Shown in pieces: positions 48,559 through 59,204 of a stretch of 64,000 bases of DNA (positions within the stretch are counted from its first letter, which is position 1; every line of letters begins with the position of its first letter). Below the pieces are notes generated by a model. It saw only the letters and a program-made list of their open reading frames with translations, ran no database searches and was not told the origin of the DNA. This DNA is from a virus. The position numbers and the translations under genes were made by a program. The DNA is taken from IMG/VR virus record IMGVR_UViG_3300031857_000018, positions 105,329-169,328 of that record; one strand, 5' to 3'.

Positions 48559-49439
48559 AATAAACTTTCTATAATTTGTTCTATAACTTCACTATCTGTA
48601 TAATAAGGATTCATCATCAAATGTCCAACCGTTTCAAAATATTTATCTGGTCCTAGTTGTGGAGACTCTATCTTTTTTAATACTCCGTTAGGTCCGTATA
48701 ATTGATATATGAAATCTCCAGTTAAAATAGTGCGACACCCTACCCCGGCAGCTAAATTTGCTAACCCGCCTTCAGTTCCTATAAATGCATCGCAATGCTT
48801 TAAAACAGACGCTTCAAACAAAATTGACTTTGTATCAGTATCTGCTACATGTATAGTTTGTTGTTGATTTGCTGAATCAAACCCAATTGGATACAATGTA
48901 AAATGTTCCTGTAAGCCATCAATTATATATTGAATATCGCGATGACTACCACCGTAACCTAAATTAGGAACATCGACTCCGGCTTCATACTGTTCCGGTG
49001 TAAATAAATAGGTTTTTGGTTGCCAATTGGACATTACTCCTATAACCGGCTTACCTGTTTCTTGTCGAATATCGTTTATATATTTTTCTGCTACAACATC
49101 GTATTCTGGTGTAGTGTATATTTGATATGATTTTGAAACAACATCAAACCCTGCTTGTTGTTGATATTCTTCACATGGCGTAATTTCATAATGTAACTCA
49201 CTTAATTCAATAACACGATCATATCCAGATAATTCCAAAACCGGTCTAGGTCCAGGAATACTAGAAACAAATACTTGGTTGATAAATGGATTATTAGCAA
49301 CAAGCTGTTGCATTTGTGGAAATCCAATTAAATAATCAACTTGTGTATATTGTGTTGATAATGTTTCTGCTAATGATGTAGCAAACATAATGTCACCAAA
49401 GAAACCATATGTAACTACTAAACATTTAGTATTTTGCAT
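48555..49439 (-). CDS. GT9-like (heptosyltransferase-type) glycosyltransferase
   Basis: GDIMFAT; DAFIGTEGGLANLAAGVG. Confidence 0.78.
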   Translation of the reverse strand: MQNTKCLVVTYGFFGDIMFATSLAETLSTQYTQVDYLIGFPQMQQLVANNPFINQVFVSSIPGPRPVLELSGYDRVIELSELHYEITPCEEYQQQAGFDVVSKSYQIYTTPEYDVVAEKYINDIRQETGKPVIGVMSNWQPKTYLFTPEQYEAGVDVPNLGYGGSHRDIQYIIDGLQEHFTLYPIGFDSANQQQTIHVADTDTKSILFEASVLKHCDAFIGTEGGLANLAAGVGCRTILTGDFIYQLYGPNGVLKKIESPQLGPDKYFETVGHLMMNPYYTDSEVIEQIIESLL

Positions 49440-49797
49440 AACTTTTTTCTTCTATAAATGTAGACCCATATTTCAAGTTGATTTGTTTTTTAATATCAGC
49501 TCTGAGGTCGTTTGTAATGTATACTTGTCGAGCATATTCCACAAACATGTCATCAAACTGTTTTCTGGATTCCATTTCTCGTAAAACATCTTCAATATCC
49601 CACAGTTTAACATTTATTGCAACTAACTGCTCATAATCAGACATTGCAATATTCAAATCCGCAAAAACTATTTCATGCAAATACAAGTATTCGCGATTAA
49701 CATTTTCCAACTTGGCAGAATCGGTTATCTTTTGTCGTTTAATGTCTAAGATTGAAAGCTTATCAACAATCTCCCCTACTGATACTTCTATATTCAT
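49426..49797 (-). CDS. DUF6165-like protein
   Basis: VSVGEIVDKLSIL...N.KLWDIED...ND.R..IK..IN...EEKSY. Confidence 0.75.
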   Translation of the reverse strand: MNIEVSVGEIVDKLSILDIKRQKITDSAKLENVNREYLYLHEIVFADLNIAMSDYEQLVAINVKLWDIEDVLREMESRKQFDDMFVEYARQVYITNDLRADIKKQINLKYGSTFIEEKSYAKY

Positions 49798-50543
49798 TGT
49801 TCAACACGATAATTAGTACTTTTAATCCAACGCACATTGGGCAGGCCTGCGACGAATTCTTCAATATCTGCTTTCACATTACGATACCCTAAATGTCGAT
49901 ATTCATATGCCCGAGCAAATAATTGTCGACCTTCAACAAAGTCTTTTTGATGTTCCACGGTCTTTTTTGACATATCTCCGTTGTCAGCATGATATAGGCA
50001 TAAGAATGTACCTGTTTCATTTCTTACAGGTGTGTATCCAGCCCATTTAAAACGTTCTCTGAGATCTTCATCTTCATTTCCCCATCCTTTGTATAATGGA
50101 TTCAATCCGTTAATTGCATCCCATTGTTCTTTGCGGATTACAACTACGCCACCATAAAAGTTTTCATCGATACCATCTTCCCATTTACGATACCCACCTG
50201 GAATATCATAATAGTCTCGTTTGGTTAGATCTGGATTCACAAAAATTCCTTTGCGAGCTGGCAATACTGGTTGGTCTGCAATTGCATAACTAACATCGTC
50301 AGTTGGACAATAATCAACTTGATGCAACACAATGATGTTACCGGTTGCAACTTGTGCTGCTACATTCTGTGTGTTTGCTAAATTGAAATTGTCTGTATCG
50401 TTTTGTTCAGACACAATAATTTCAAAATCCATTCCTTCAAAATGTTTAAATAGTGCCGGAATCAATGTTTCTAAATGTTCTTTACGGTCACGATAAGGAA
50501 TAATAATTGAATACTTATCGTTTGAAATTTGCGATTCTGTCAT
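49794..50543 (-). CDS. GT7-like galactosyltransferase
   Basis: IIIPYRDR, FYGGV, GWGNEDED. Confidence 0.85.
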   Translation of the reverse strand: MTESQISNDKYSIIIPYRDRKEHLETLIPALFKHFEGMDFEIIVSEQNDTDNFNLANTQNVAAQVATGNIIVLHQVDYCPTDDVSYAIADQPVLPARKGIFVNPDLTKRDYYDIPGGYRKWEDGIDENFYGGVVVIRKEQWDAINGLNPLYKGWGNEDEDLRERFKWAGYTPVRNETGTFLCLYHADNGDMSKKTVEHQKDFVEGRQLFARAYEYRHLGYRNVKADIEEFVAGLPNVRWIKSTNYRVEQ

Positions 50544-51288
50544 ATTGATGTACTACTTTATATTGTGAAACTGTGTTTAAATCAAATGCAACTAACCCTG
50601 CGTTAATTACATGTAAATGCACTGCAAACTTATCTTCTAATGTGGTAAATTTGGTTTGCTCTTTGTATTTGGTTTGTATGAGGTAATTAAATGATGTTTG
50701 ATCTGCTACTTTAAGTTTACCGGCAGATAACAAATAAATATCCATACACATTTCTTGAACTAATGCCAAAGGACCTCCCCATACACCGACATTATGTACT
50801 TGTTTATCTGACAATACATCTATTCCAATCAAGCCTAAGTTCACATATACATGTTCTTTGTTCCATGCTTCTTGGTTGTAAGTAATAATTTCGCTCGTTG
50901 CTGTGATCTTATCTGGATCTAGTCCGTCAAATGGATTTGAGTTAAAATATACATCTCGTACATCCGTAATAATAACGTGTGCATGATCTGCTGTTTTTAG
51001 ATAGGACCATATATGGAAGAAACGAACATTGTGAATCAGATTATATGATGATTCAACTGTCATTGTTCCGGTATTGGTGGTAAATTCTGGCAATTCTCTG
51101 CCCCAGCAGTCAAATGTAGGATTCATGATCGATACATTGTTTTCTTTGAGATATTCTACCAATGTGTCTGTTGCATTATAAATAAGCAACATTCTTTCTA
51201 CATTCTCAAAATTAGATGTCTCAACCCAACCCTGCACATCTGCGACTGTATAATTGCCTGAGATAGCTCCTATTAATAAATTTTTCAT
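50515..51288 (-). CDS. putative glycosyltransferase
   Basis: TDVRDVYFNSNPF, DQ..FN, HQYDR. Confidence 0.7.
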   Translation of the reverse strand: MKNLLIGAISGNYTVADVQGWVETSNFENVERMLLIYNATDTLVEYLKENNVSIMNPTFDCWGRELPEFTTNTGTMTVESSYNLIHNVRFFHIWSYLKTADHAHVIITDVRDVYFNSNPFDGLDPDKITATSEIITYNQEAWNKEHVYVNLGLIGIDVLSDKQVHNVGVWGGPLALVQEMCMDIYLLSAGKLKVADQTSFNYLIQTKYKEQTKFTTLEDKFAVHLHVINAGLVAFDLNTVSQYKVVHQYDRIANFKR

Positions 51289-52241
51289 AAGTTTAATAAC
51301 TTTAATATATTATAAGTAATTTTTGGATAGGATATATTATTTTCGTACCAGTTTTTTGCATTATTTTTTACAAATTCTAGCAATTCTTTGTTTCCAATAA
51401 CTTCATGATATCTTGCTGCAATTCTTTTAGACAATTCATCCGGGTTTGCATATCGATATTCGGCATCGTATTCTGCATCTACTGCTACGTAATGAAAATC
51501 TGGTATCAATGGGTCAGATGTCTCAACAATAAGTGTAGGCCGCATTAAAGGTATGCCTATTCCAAACATTTCGATATCACGAAAACACAAATCGCCACAT
51601 AGTGCACCACCTCCACCGCCGATTGATAATGCTAATTCAAACTGAAATGATTCTTGTAAATAATGTTCAAACGGAATCGGGCCGGCGCCAAAGTATAATT
51701 CGGATTCATTTAAATGATTTGGTAGAAGTTCCAATGATTTTCTAACTCCTAGATATCGGGTGTCGACGCCTGAATTATACAAACTACCGCGCCAATATAA
51801 TCTAGAATCTAGTTTAATGCTTTGACGGTGTGTTTGTATCATATCATAGTTTGTGCCTAGTTGCCACACAGTATCTGGGTATGGTCCGGCTACTATATTT
51901 TTACGAATTACTGGATCTGTACATATGGTATCCCAAAACGCTGAATTATATTGTCCAATCACAGCGCCAACAAATCCAGGCTTTGATGATAATTCTACAG
52001 TTAATGATGGATGATCTCCAAAGTCGAATGTTTTAAACGTATCATCATATTCAAATATGAGTATGGATCCTTGGTTAATTGCAACGCCGGCATACACCGT
52101 GTTTCCATCACCAACGTGCTCATTCCATTCAACATCATATCCGCGAGTATGTAATTCATTAACAATTCCAATTGTATTGTTATGATCAAAACGGTGTTCT
52201 GCAATTCCTTTATGAAAACTGTGTAATTTTATTTTTGTCAT
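51285..52241 (-). CDS. putative glycosyltransferase-like protein
   Basis: LYWRG; LSIGG...CFRDIE; island context. Confidence 0.6.
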   Translation of the reverse strand: MTKIKLHSFHKGIAEHRFDHNNTIGIVNELHTRGYDVEWNEHVGDGNTVYAGVAINQGSILIFEYDDTFKTFDFGDHPSLTVELSSKPGFVGAVIGQYNSAFWDTICTDPVIRKNIVAGPYPDTVWQLGTNYDMIQTHRQSIKLDSRLYWRGSLYNSGVDTRYLGVRKSLELLPNHLNESELYFGAGPIPFEHYLQESFQFELALSIGGGGGALCGDLCFRDIEMFGIGIPLMRPTLIVETSDPLIPDFHYVAVDAEYDAEYRYANPDELSKRIAARYHEVIGNKELLEFVKNNAKNWYENNISYPKITYNILKLLNL

Positions 52242-52795
52242 GATCGTATAAATCTAATATCTTCCTGTAAATTATTTATCTCAGATAACACTTCATACGT
52301 TGTAAATCCAGCTTTATACATCACATCAAAATACATTTCTCGATCTGGCGCGCCAATATTATATACAACACCTGGTTTAGGTACTTCTAATATTATTTCT
52401 GATGCACGACGTATTAAGTTTTGTCCGCCGTTAATTATATCAACTTCAGATCCTTGCACATCTAGTTTAATAATGTCAAATGTTTCAGTTGGGAATAATA
52501 AATCTAATGTCGTAGTCGTTAAATTTAAAATTTGAATATTTGATTCATTAAAATGTTCTGTATTTTCTAAGTAATATGATGCACCTGTTGTAGTAGGAGA
52601 ATCCGTAGTTATATAAAATTCTACTTGTTTAACAATATCACTTAAACATACTATATGATATGGTACATTTAATAATTTAAGTGTTGGCTCGTTATTTGGA
52701 TTAGCTTCGATTAGTACAAACTTTGCGCCTGGATATTGTAGTTGCGTTTGTTTGTACCACCACCCATCATTTGCTCCGATATCTAGTATATTCAT
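52238..52795 (-). CDS. FkbM-family methyltransferase
   Basis: LDIGANDG, IEAN, IKLDVQGSE. Confidence 0.9.
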   Translation of the reverse strand: MNILDIGANDGWWYKQTQLQYPGAKFVLIEANPNNEPTLKLLNVPYHIVCLSDIVKQVEFYITTDSPTTTGASYYLENTEHFNESNIQILNLTTTTLDLLFPTETFDIIKLDVQGSEVDIINGGQNLIRRASEIILEVPKPGVVYNIGAPDREMYFDVMYKAGFTTYEVLSEINNLQEDIRFIRS

Positions 52796-52798
52796 AAA

Positions 52799-53395
52799 TT
52801 AACTAATTTTTTTATAAACTTTTTTATCAGGTCCGGTTAGATGCAATGAATATTTTTTAGTTTTCAATATAATAGGTTCTACTTCGGTATCGTGATCATA
52901 ATGATTATGATTATCAAAAACTATTTGACCATTAACATTAATTTTATCTTTAAAATAATTGAATGCATCTAAAACTGCTTGAGTATGATGTGGGCCGTCG
53001 ATAAACACTAACGAAAATTTTGATTCAATTCGTTTATCATTTTCATATATCGGGACGCCATCTGCAAATCTATTAAAAAATTCAGTATCTTCTAAATTAT
53101 AAAATATAAAGTTATAATCATGTTCATATGCCCATTGGAATAAACTTGACATAGTTTGTGTTTTCATATGATTGGTGTAATCACTTTTATGTATCCCAGC
53201 AATATCATGATAATCGATGTTACCATATGGATCTATAGAAATATGTGGTTTGTTTGTACCAATATTACCTTCCATGATTAATACGCTACTACCGCCTCGT
53301 CTCGTTCCTATTTCAATTGTAGCACCAGAAACATCTTTAGTTTCTATTATTGCTTGTTTTAATTCTTCGTAATGTGCTCCGTCTAGTTCAATCAT
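52799..53395 (-). CDS. class I SAM-dependent methyltransferase
   Basis: EIGTRRGGS, SIDPY, FIDGPH. Confidence 0.85.
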   Translation of the reverse strand: MIELDGAHYEELKQAIIETKDVSGATIEIGTRRGGSSVLIMEGNIGTNKPHISIDPYGNIDYHDIAGIHKSDYTNHMKTQTMSSLFQWAYEHDYNFIFYNLEDTEFFNRFADGVPIYENDKRIESKFSLVFIDGPHHTQAVLDAFNYFKDKINVNGQIVFDNHNHYDHDTEVEPIILKTKKYSLHLTGPDKKVYKKIS

Positions 53396-53401
53396 AATAA
53401 A

Positions 53402-54196
53402 TTAATTTCTGTGTTTTGGGTGTATTAAATGTTGATATTGATCAATATTATTGATTATGTAATTTGGTAATGGAATTTCATTAACCGGGAGTATATATCC
53501 GCCTCCTCGATTAAAGATATCAGCACCGGTGTTTAAACATGAATCAATATGCGTATCAGTTTTAAATTGTGGTTGATTAAATTCATAATGTGAGTATGAT
53601 TCTAGTTTTTTAACTATACGTTCTTTTCCGCCCATCCAACTCCAATGCCAACCTCCGTTAGGTACAAGTGTTCCAACAATTTTTTTACGGATGTTTTCTT
53701 GTGGCGAACCACCTATATCTAATAGTGTCTGAAAGTTAAAAACTTTGAATTGAGTCCATGTTTTTTCAAATGATACACAATTAATCCAGTAGTTGCAAAA
53801 AATCATTTCCAAAGCGTATATATCACCTGTTTTTACATACGGTATTAATGCTTTAACTGTTTCAGTGTATGGAATTTCATCTGAGTCGCCATATAGCAAT
53901 ATATCTTCTGGTTGAACTCCAATTTCAGTTAAAATATCAATGTATTTACCTGTAACTAGTTCTTCAATTTTATCGGCTTTTAATTCAAATGCATTTTCCG
54001 GATAATCGGTAAATGTTCTATGAAATATCTTATCTCCTTTAAACGGGAAAGCTGGAAATTCTGGTCTAGGATCCATTTGATATGTATGTGATGCTTCGAG
54101 AAAAATAAAACCATCTACTACACTATCTAATTCATTCATAATGATATCCGTTAGTTCGGACTCATCTGTATATGTACTTACTTTATAAACTTTCAT
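53402..54196 (-). CDS. GT17-like GlcNAc transferase
   Basis: DSDEIP; GGWHWSWMGG...KLESYSH. Confidence 0.8.
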   Translation of the reverse strand: MKVYKVSTYTDESELTDIIMNELDSVVDGFIFLEASHTYQMDPRPEFPAFPFKGDKIFHRTFTDYPENAFELKADKIEELVTGKYIDILTEIGVQPEDILLYGDSDEIPYTETVKALIPYVKTGDIYALEMIFCNYWINCVSFEKTWTQFKVFNFQTLLDIGGSPQENIRKKIVGTLVPNGGWHWSWMGGKERIVKKLESYSHYEFNQPQFKTDTHIDSCLNTGADIFNRGGGYILPVNEIPLPNYIINNIDQYQHLIHPKHRN

Positions 54197-54833
54197 AATA
54201 CTCGTTTTGTTTTACTTGCCGATCAATTGTTTTAGGATGATACAAAGAAAATGCCTCTGTGTCAGCTGGTAGCATTGAATATGACGTAAACCCATCTAAA
54301 CGTTCATGCACTTTGTTAATCCATTTAATCTCAGATTTATTCTTCCAGATGCGCCATTGATAGTCTGGCCAATTAACCCAGCCGGCTGCATTAACATTCC
54401 ATCCCCATTGTTTTATATGATCCGGAGTAAGTCCTTCTACAGTATTAATTCTAGGTACTAAATATACATCATTATCAGGATTCATTTCTAAAAGAGCTGG
54501 TAAATGTTTAATAAACAACTCATTTGGAATTTCATCAGCATCTATCTGAAAAATATAATCTCCTGTACAATGTTGGGTAAGATGATTCTTAAATGCTCCA
54601 AAATCATTATTCAATGGATAAAATGCAACTCGAATATTACCTTGTGTATTATGCTTCATAAGATAAACATGTACTTGACTTTTATCTTCGGGATGATTTT
54701 TCATATCATCCACAGTCAAATCCATTTGAACTACGATCTCGTCTTGCGGTCTTTTGTGTTGCAAAAGAAATGTAATGAGCCGTTGGATTTCAATGAACTC
54801 ATTACATACTGTTATTGCATATGAAATTTTCAT
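54183..54833 (-). CDS. glycosyltransferase family 2
   Basis: ISYAITVCNE, FQIDADE, WPDYQWR, VHE. Confidence 0.88.
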   Translation of the reverse strand: MKISYAITVCNEFIEIQRLITFLLQHKRPQDEIVVQMDLTVDDMKNHPEDKSQVHVYLMKHNTQGNIRVAFYPLNNDFGAFKNHLTQHCTGDYIFQIDADEIPNELFIKHLPALLEMNPDNDVYLVPRINTVEGLTPDHIKQWGWNVNAAGWVNWPDYQWRIWKNKSEIKWINKVHERLDGFTSYSMLPADTEAFSLYHPKTIDRQVKQNEYYESL

Positions 54834-56089
54834 ATCTTTTGAAGTTTAGGCAGTTCAATTTTACTGAGAGTTGGCAGTTTCAATTCTACTGGTTTTGGAA
54901 TCTTGTTAATGCCTTCATCTGCAATTGCCAATACCTTTTCATATATCTCTGCTACTGCTGTTTTAGTAAATGTTGAATTTACATAATAACGCTGACGCTT
55001 AGCTAAATCCATCCATTTTTTATAATTCTTTTGTATATCCTGCATCATTTTAGCTGCATATCCATAATCAGGCGTAAACCACTTTGCCTCCCCAATTAAG
55101 AAATCATTTTGTGCTGATGGGTGAATTGGTGTGAGACCTCCTGGTACTGTGCAAATAAAATCTTTCTTTAAGAAATCTACTTGGCCAGAATAGTGTGGTG
55201 CCATAATGGGTTTACCTGTTGTTGAGAATTCTAACAATGGTCGACCAAATCCTTCTGCCTTGGTAAATGATACCATTGCTTTTACTTTTGGATGATTGTA
55301 CATGCTATTCATTTCATCATCAGTTAACTCGCCATGGATTAGATATACAGACGGCAGTTTTGCAGTACCAAACATGTCTCGAATTTGTGAAATTTTTGTT
55401 TCAATTTCCATTCGATCTAGTATGCTATACGTGGCACCGCTAGTTTTCAATATTAATGCAGGTGCATTCTTTGTGTTTTTATATGTATTGAAAAAACAAT
55501 GTAATAATCCACTTAAATTTTTACGATCTTCACCAATAACACCCTGCAACCAATGTCCTACTGCTAAGAATGCAAATGATTCTGTAATTACATCTAATGC
55601 TGTGAATGTGTCGGTTACTGTTTTATTGTTATACACCGTTTCATCAAAATACTCTGGAATTACTTCGATTCTAGTAGTGATTGTTTTGTTTTTTGACTTT
55701 GCTGTTTGTTCAAATACTTTTTTAGTAAATTCTGAAGGAACAATTACAAGTTGCATTGCGTTTAGATTATCAATCCATGATTCTGGACATACATCTCCTT
55801 CAGTGCCAGCGGTTACCCCAATATTGTATTTACCAACAGCTTGTAATTCATTTGGCACTGAAATTTGAATCCACACATCTGGTTGCTCTGTTAATGGCAA
55901 TGGAACAATTCTAAGTTGGAAATCTGTCGAAATTGGGTATGTCATTGGAGTATGCCCCCATGGTAATGAAACCAATTTAACGTCCCATTCAGTTCCTCGT
56001 TGTTCAATAATATTTGTTATGATTTCACGTGCGTGATGTCCATAACCTGATTGTGTCGCTACTGGCGACGCTATAACTACTTTTCTCAT
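54830..56089 (-). CDS. GT4-family glycosyltransferase
   Basis: SGYG, RKN, EGFGRPLLE. Confidence 0.88.
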   Translation of the reverse strand: MRKVVIASPVATQSGYGHHAREIITNIIEQRGTEWDVKLVSLPWGHTPMTYPISTDFQLRIVPLPLTEQPDVWIQISVPNELQAVGKYNIGVTAGTEGDVCPESWIDNLNAMQLVIVPSEFTKKVFEQTAKSKNKTITTRIEVIPEYFDETVYNNKTVTDTFTALDVITESFAFLAVGHWLQGVIGEDRKNLSGLLHCFFNTYKNTKNAPALILKTSGATYSILDRMEIETKISQIRDMFGTAKLPSVYLIHGELTDDEMNSMYNHPKVKAMVSFTKAEGFGRPLLEFSTTGKPIMAPHYSGQVDFLKKDFICTVPGGLTPIHPSAQNDFLIGEAKWFTPDYGYAAKMMQDIQKNYKKWMDLAKRQRYYVNSTFTKTAVAEIYEKVLAIADEGINKIPKPVELKLPTLSKIELPKLQKI

Positions 56090-57579
56090 TATGCTACTAT
56101 TCCTGTTCGTTCGTATTTAGGAGCTTCTACTTTTGTTACGGTGTACATTGGTCTTGATTCCTGATGCATGGTGAATAAATCACGGAACATTGAAATCATC
56201 TTGTTACCCATTTGTTCTGCAGTTAAGCCGTTATCCATTGCCCATTGTCTACCTGCTAAACCTCGTGTACCTCTTTCTAATTCAGACATATCATACCAAT
56301 AACGAATTGCGTCTGCTACATCTTCAAATTGTACTCGATCATCAAAGATATATGGCGTTTGTGGAGATCCTTGCAGTGATCTGTTGCTTGGAAATACTGG
56401 TTTTACCCAAGATCCATGTTTTTTGTATTTACCGGTATGATTTGTTGCAAATTCGCCATCAAACCGAATCCATTCACCATTTTCATCTTCGAATCCACAT
56501 TGATCCTGAAGACCACCAGTAACATTGTTAATGATTGGTGTTCCTGATAAGATTGCCTCAGTTGAGCTAAGTCCCCAACCTTCATTAGAACCAATATTCA
56601 CTACAACATCTGCTACATTATATACTGCATTGAGATCTTGTGCTGACATTTTTTGTTCGGAGAAGATAATCTTACAATCTGGAGCTAATGTTGATGCCAC
56701 TGCACGAAGATCGGTTCCATTTTCATCAACAGCTTGGGTATGCATAACTAATGCTACACGAGTTTTTTGATCTGTGGGTAACTGATCTACAAAGTGTTTG
56801 AATGCGAGGATAACATCGCCTGGTTGTTTTCTTCTGATATTCCGGTTGTTCCAAAACACCACAAAATCAACTTTATTTTCTTCTTTGATTTTTGTGTGCA
56901 TTGAATCATATAATGGATCTAATTTATGCATTGGACAGAACGTGTTATGATTAAGTCCATGCGGCACAAATCCGGTAAGTACATGGTTCCATTTTTTATC
57001 TGCTGGTAATGAATCACTTTCATCATAATTAATCACCCCAAATCCGTTTTGTTTTAGCACTTCTCTATGGATATTGTCTGATTGCTTGCTGATGCCCATA
57101 ATCATATCACAACTACCGTAAAAAGGCGCGTTCCACATCGGATATGGTAGGTCGTCCCAAATAGAGTAATATGTAATTGGAATACGGAATGTGGTTTTAA
57201 TTTCATGCTCTAATGCATACAACCAGGTCCAATAACGTGGATCTGTAAAGTGAAGAATTGCATCTGGTTGTTCTTGATTTAGAATTGCAAATAAAATGTT
57301 GCGATCTCCATAACCGTTCCAGGCAATTAATTTGACTGATGCATCTTCTATTCCAGTTTCACGTGCCACCTCTGCAGACAGATCAAATGCGTTGCCAGCA
57401 TCTGGGTGATTCAGTGCAGCGCCTAATTGAATCCAATCAAACTCTTTAACTGTGTTAAAAATAATTTCTTTGCTGACCGTACCGATTCCTGATGGTAAAC
57501 GAAAATCATCTGCCAATAACAGAATTTTCTTTTTTGCGGGCTTGTTAGGGTCGATTTTTTGTAACTTTGGTAACTCCAT
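56089..57579 (-). CDS. GT4-family glycosyltransferase
   Basis: NRNIRRK, EGWGLSSTEA, GG..DQ. Confidence 0.88.
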   Translation of the reverse strand: MELPKLQKIDPNKPAKKKILLLADDFRLPSGIGTVSKEIIFNTVKEFDWIQLGAALNHPDAGNAFDLSAEVARETGIEDASVKLIAWNGYGDRNILFAILNQEQPDAILHFTDPRYWTWLYALEHEIKTTFRIPITYYSIWDDLPYPMWNAPFYGSCDMIMGISKQSDNIHREVLKQNGFGVINYDESDSLPADKKWNHVLTGFVPHGLNHNTFCPMHKLDPLYDSMHTKIKEENKVDFVVFWNNRNIRRKQPGDVILAFKHFVDQLPTDQKTRVALVMHTQAVDENGTDLRAVASTLAPDCKIIFSEQKMSAQDLNAVYNVADVVVNIGSNEGWGLSSTEAILSGTPIINNVTGGLQDQCGFEDENGEWIRFDGEFATNHTGKYKKHGSWVKPVFPSNRSLQGSPQTPYIFDDRVQFEDVADAIRYWYDMSELERGTRGLAGRQWAMDNGLTAEQMGNKMISMFRDLFTMHQESRPMYTVTKVEAPKYERTGIVA

Positions 57580-57609
57580 TTATTATTCCTTATAACTTTA
57601 TTATAAATA

Positions 57610-58014
57610 TCAACCTAGTATAACTACTGGCTTTTTTAACTTGTTAATATTGGTATATGCTGTTTTTAACACAGGATCCAATGCATCTTCATTTGTTAGT
57701 ATCATCATGTAATCACATTGTTCTGCAATCAGCTTCATACGATGATGCAATTGGCTGAAATGATATGCTTTACCGTAATATGATTCTGGCATTGCCGAGT
57801 ATAGATTGTATCCAGAGAACGATGGGTTGTATTCTTTATAATGAATTCCAAATTCCAATGTATACTTTCGTACCATACTATTTGCACCTTCATTGCCGCC
57901 GGCGCCAATGATTATCAATTCATCACCAAACCGTTGTTTCAATTCTTGCAGAGTTTGCTGAATCTTTCTGCGATTCTGCCATGCTGTATTTCCTATAACT
58001 GCTACTTTTGTCAT
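57610..58014 (-). CDS. SLOG-superfamily protein
   Basis: KVAVIG...GAG..GA; Rossmann-like pattern. Confidence 0.55.
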   Translation of the reverse strand: MTKVAVIGNTAWQNRRKIQQTLQELKQRFGDELIIIGAGGNEGANSMVRKYTLEFGIHYKEYNPSFSGYNLYSAMPESYYGKAYHFSQLHHRMKLIAEQCDYMMILTNEDALDPVLKTAYTNINKLKKPVVILG

Positions 58015-58229
58015 TTTACTTTTTCATGTAGAAATTTAACACCTTTGGGCATATGACCGTACACTGTTCGGAGCATGGATTCTAATAGTTGTCGATTTGC
58101 TTTGCAATTAGGATCTGAGATGTTTGTTAGCAAAGTGTACTCACATTTCTGTGTCCCATAACTATGTGACTTATGCTTTTGCAATTCAAACTGATATACG
58201 TATGTATGCTTATGTTCGTAACGGATCAT
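58011..58229 (-). CDS. hypothetical protein
   Basis: 72-aa ORF. Confidence 0.6.
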   Translation of the reverse strand: MIRYEHKHTYVYQFELQKHKSHSYGTQKCEYTLLTNISDPNCKANRQLLESMLRTVYGHMPKGVKFLHEKVK

Positions 58230-58247
58230 ATCTTATAATAGATAATA

Positions 58248-59204
58248 TTATTCTCGAATCCTACCTTCTCGGGGACAATTTACTGAATCAGTTTTGAATG
58301 GACAATATTTGCAATTTTTATCACCTTTGCCAGATATTGCCATATAATCTCGGTCTGCATTCTTATTGCCTTCTGCATCAAAACAAGCGTCAACAAATGC
58401 ATCGATTTGCTTTTGAACTTTGCGTTGTGTTACTGTACCAGCTGCGGGTTTAAATTGTTGCACTCGCTTTTGTGGAAACATAGATTCTTCAATCATCTTG
58501 CGTTTCACTATGAAAAACTCAACATCGATATTTTCTTTAGGTGTACCGAATTGTGCTGAAAAATAATTTTTATATGCAATTAGTTGGGCAGCTTTAATGC
58601 TGTCTGCCTTTTGATATTTATTCCAACCAGCACGACTTGTTTTAATGTCTAGGATGCTGATAGTATTGGTAGGAACATGGCGCAATACCACATCAATGAA
58701 TCCATACCAATATACAGAAGGATTCTTTTCTGATGCTTGAGTACATAACTCAATTTCAATGCCTACTAATTCCCAATCCTTTGTGGAAAAGTATTGTTTG
58801 CGTCGTTTTTTGAACCAATCTAGGATAGCAACGCCATCTTCAAGATATTCTGCTAATTGCAATGGATTTGAAAAATGTTCTCCGTTACTGTCTGCTACAT
58901 TACGTGCATATTCTTCTCGGAGCTTGTTTGTAAGGATATCTCGCAAATTTAACTCGTCTGCCTTCTTTACTGTCTCTGTATACAACACAGTCAAATAGTA
59001 CTGCAATGTTTCGTGAAATGCTGTACCAAAACATGTATCTATGCTGGATTGGAAAGGTGCTAGACCATCAATATATGCTAGCTTCCATTGTCGTGGACAT
59101 TTTTCATACATTGACCATTGAGAATAAGATATCTTGCGAGGAACCGAATCAGCATCTCGCAATGATAACTTATAAATTGGATTGATATAGTTTCCTTGCT
59201 TCAT
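58248..59204 (-). CDS. PD-(D/E)XK (RecB/Cas4-like) exonuclease
   Basis: SYSQ..Y..CP, FGTAFH, GFID, DIKT, QL..Y, C-terminal CxxCP. Confidence 0.9.
   Translation of the reverse strand: MKQGNYINPIYKLSLRDADSVPRKISYSQWSMYEKCPRQWKLAYIDGLAPFQSSIDTCFGTAFHETLQYYLTVLYTETVKKADELNLRDILTNKLREEYARNVADSNGEHFSNPLQLAEYLEDGVAILDWFKKRRKQYFSTKDWELVGIEIELCTQASEKNPSVYWYGFIDVVLRHVPTNTISILDIKTSRAGWNKYQKADSIKAAQLIAYKNYFSAQFGTPKENIDVEFFIVKRKMIEESMFPQKRVQQFKPAAGTVTQRKVQKQIDAFVDACFDAEGNKNADRDYMAISGKGDKNCKYCPFKTDSVNCPREGRIRE

Noticed and set aside
58248-59204. Cas4 as part of a CRISPR system
   Set aside because: It is a stand-alone PD-(D/E)XK nuclease in a replication context, with no array or other cas genes.
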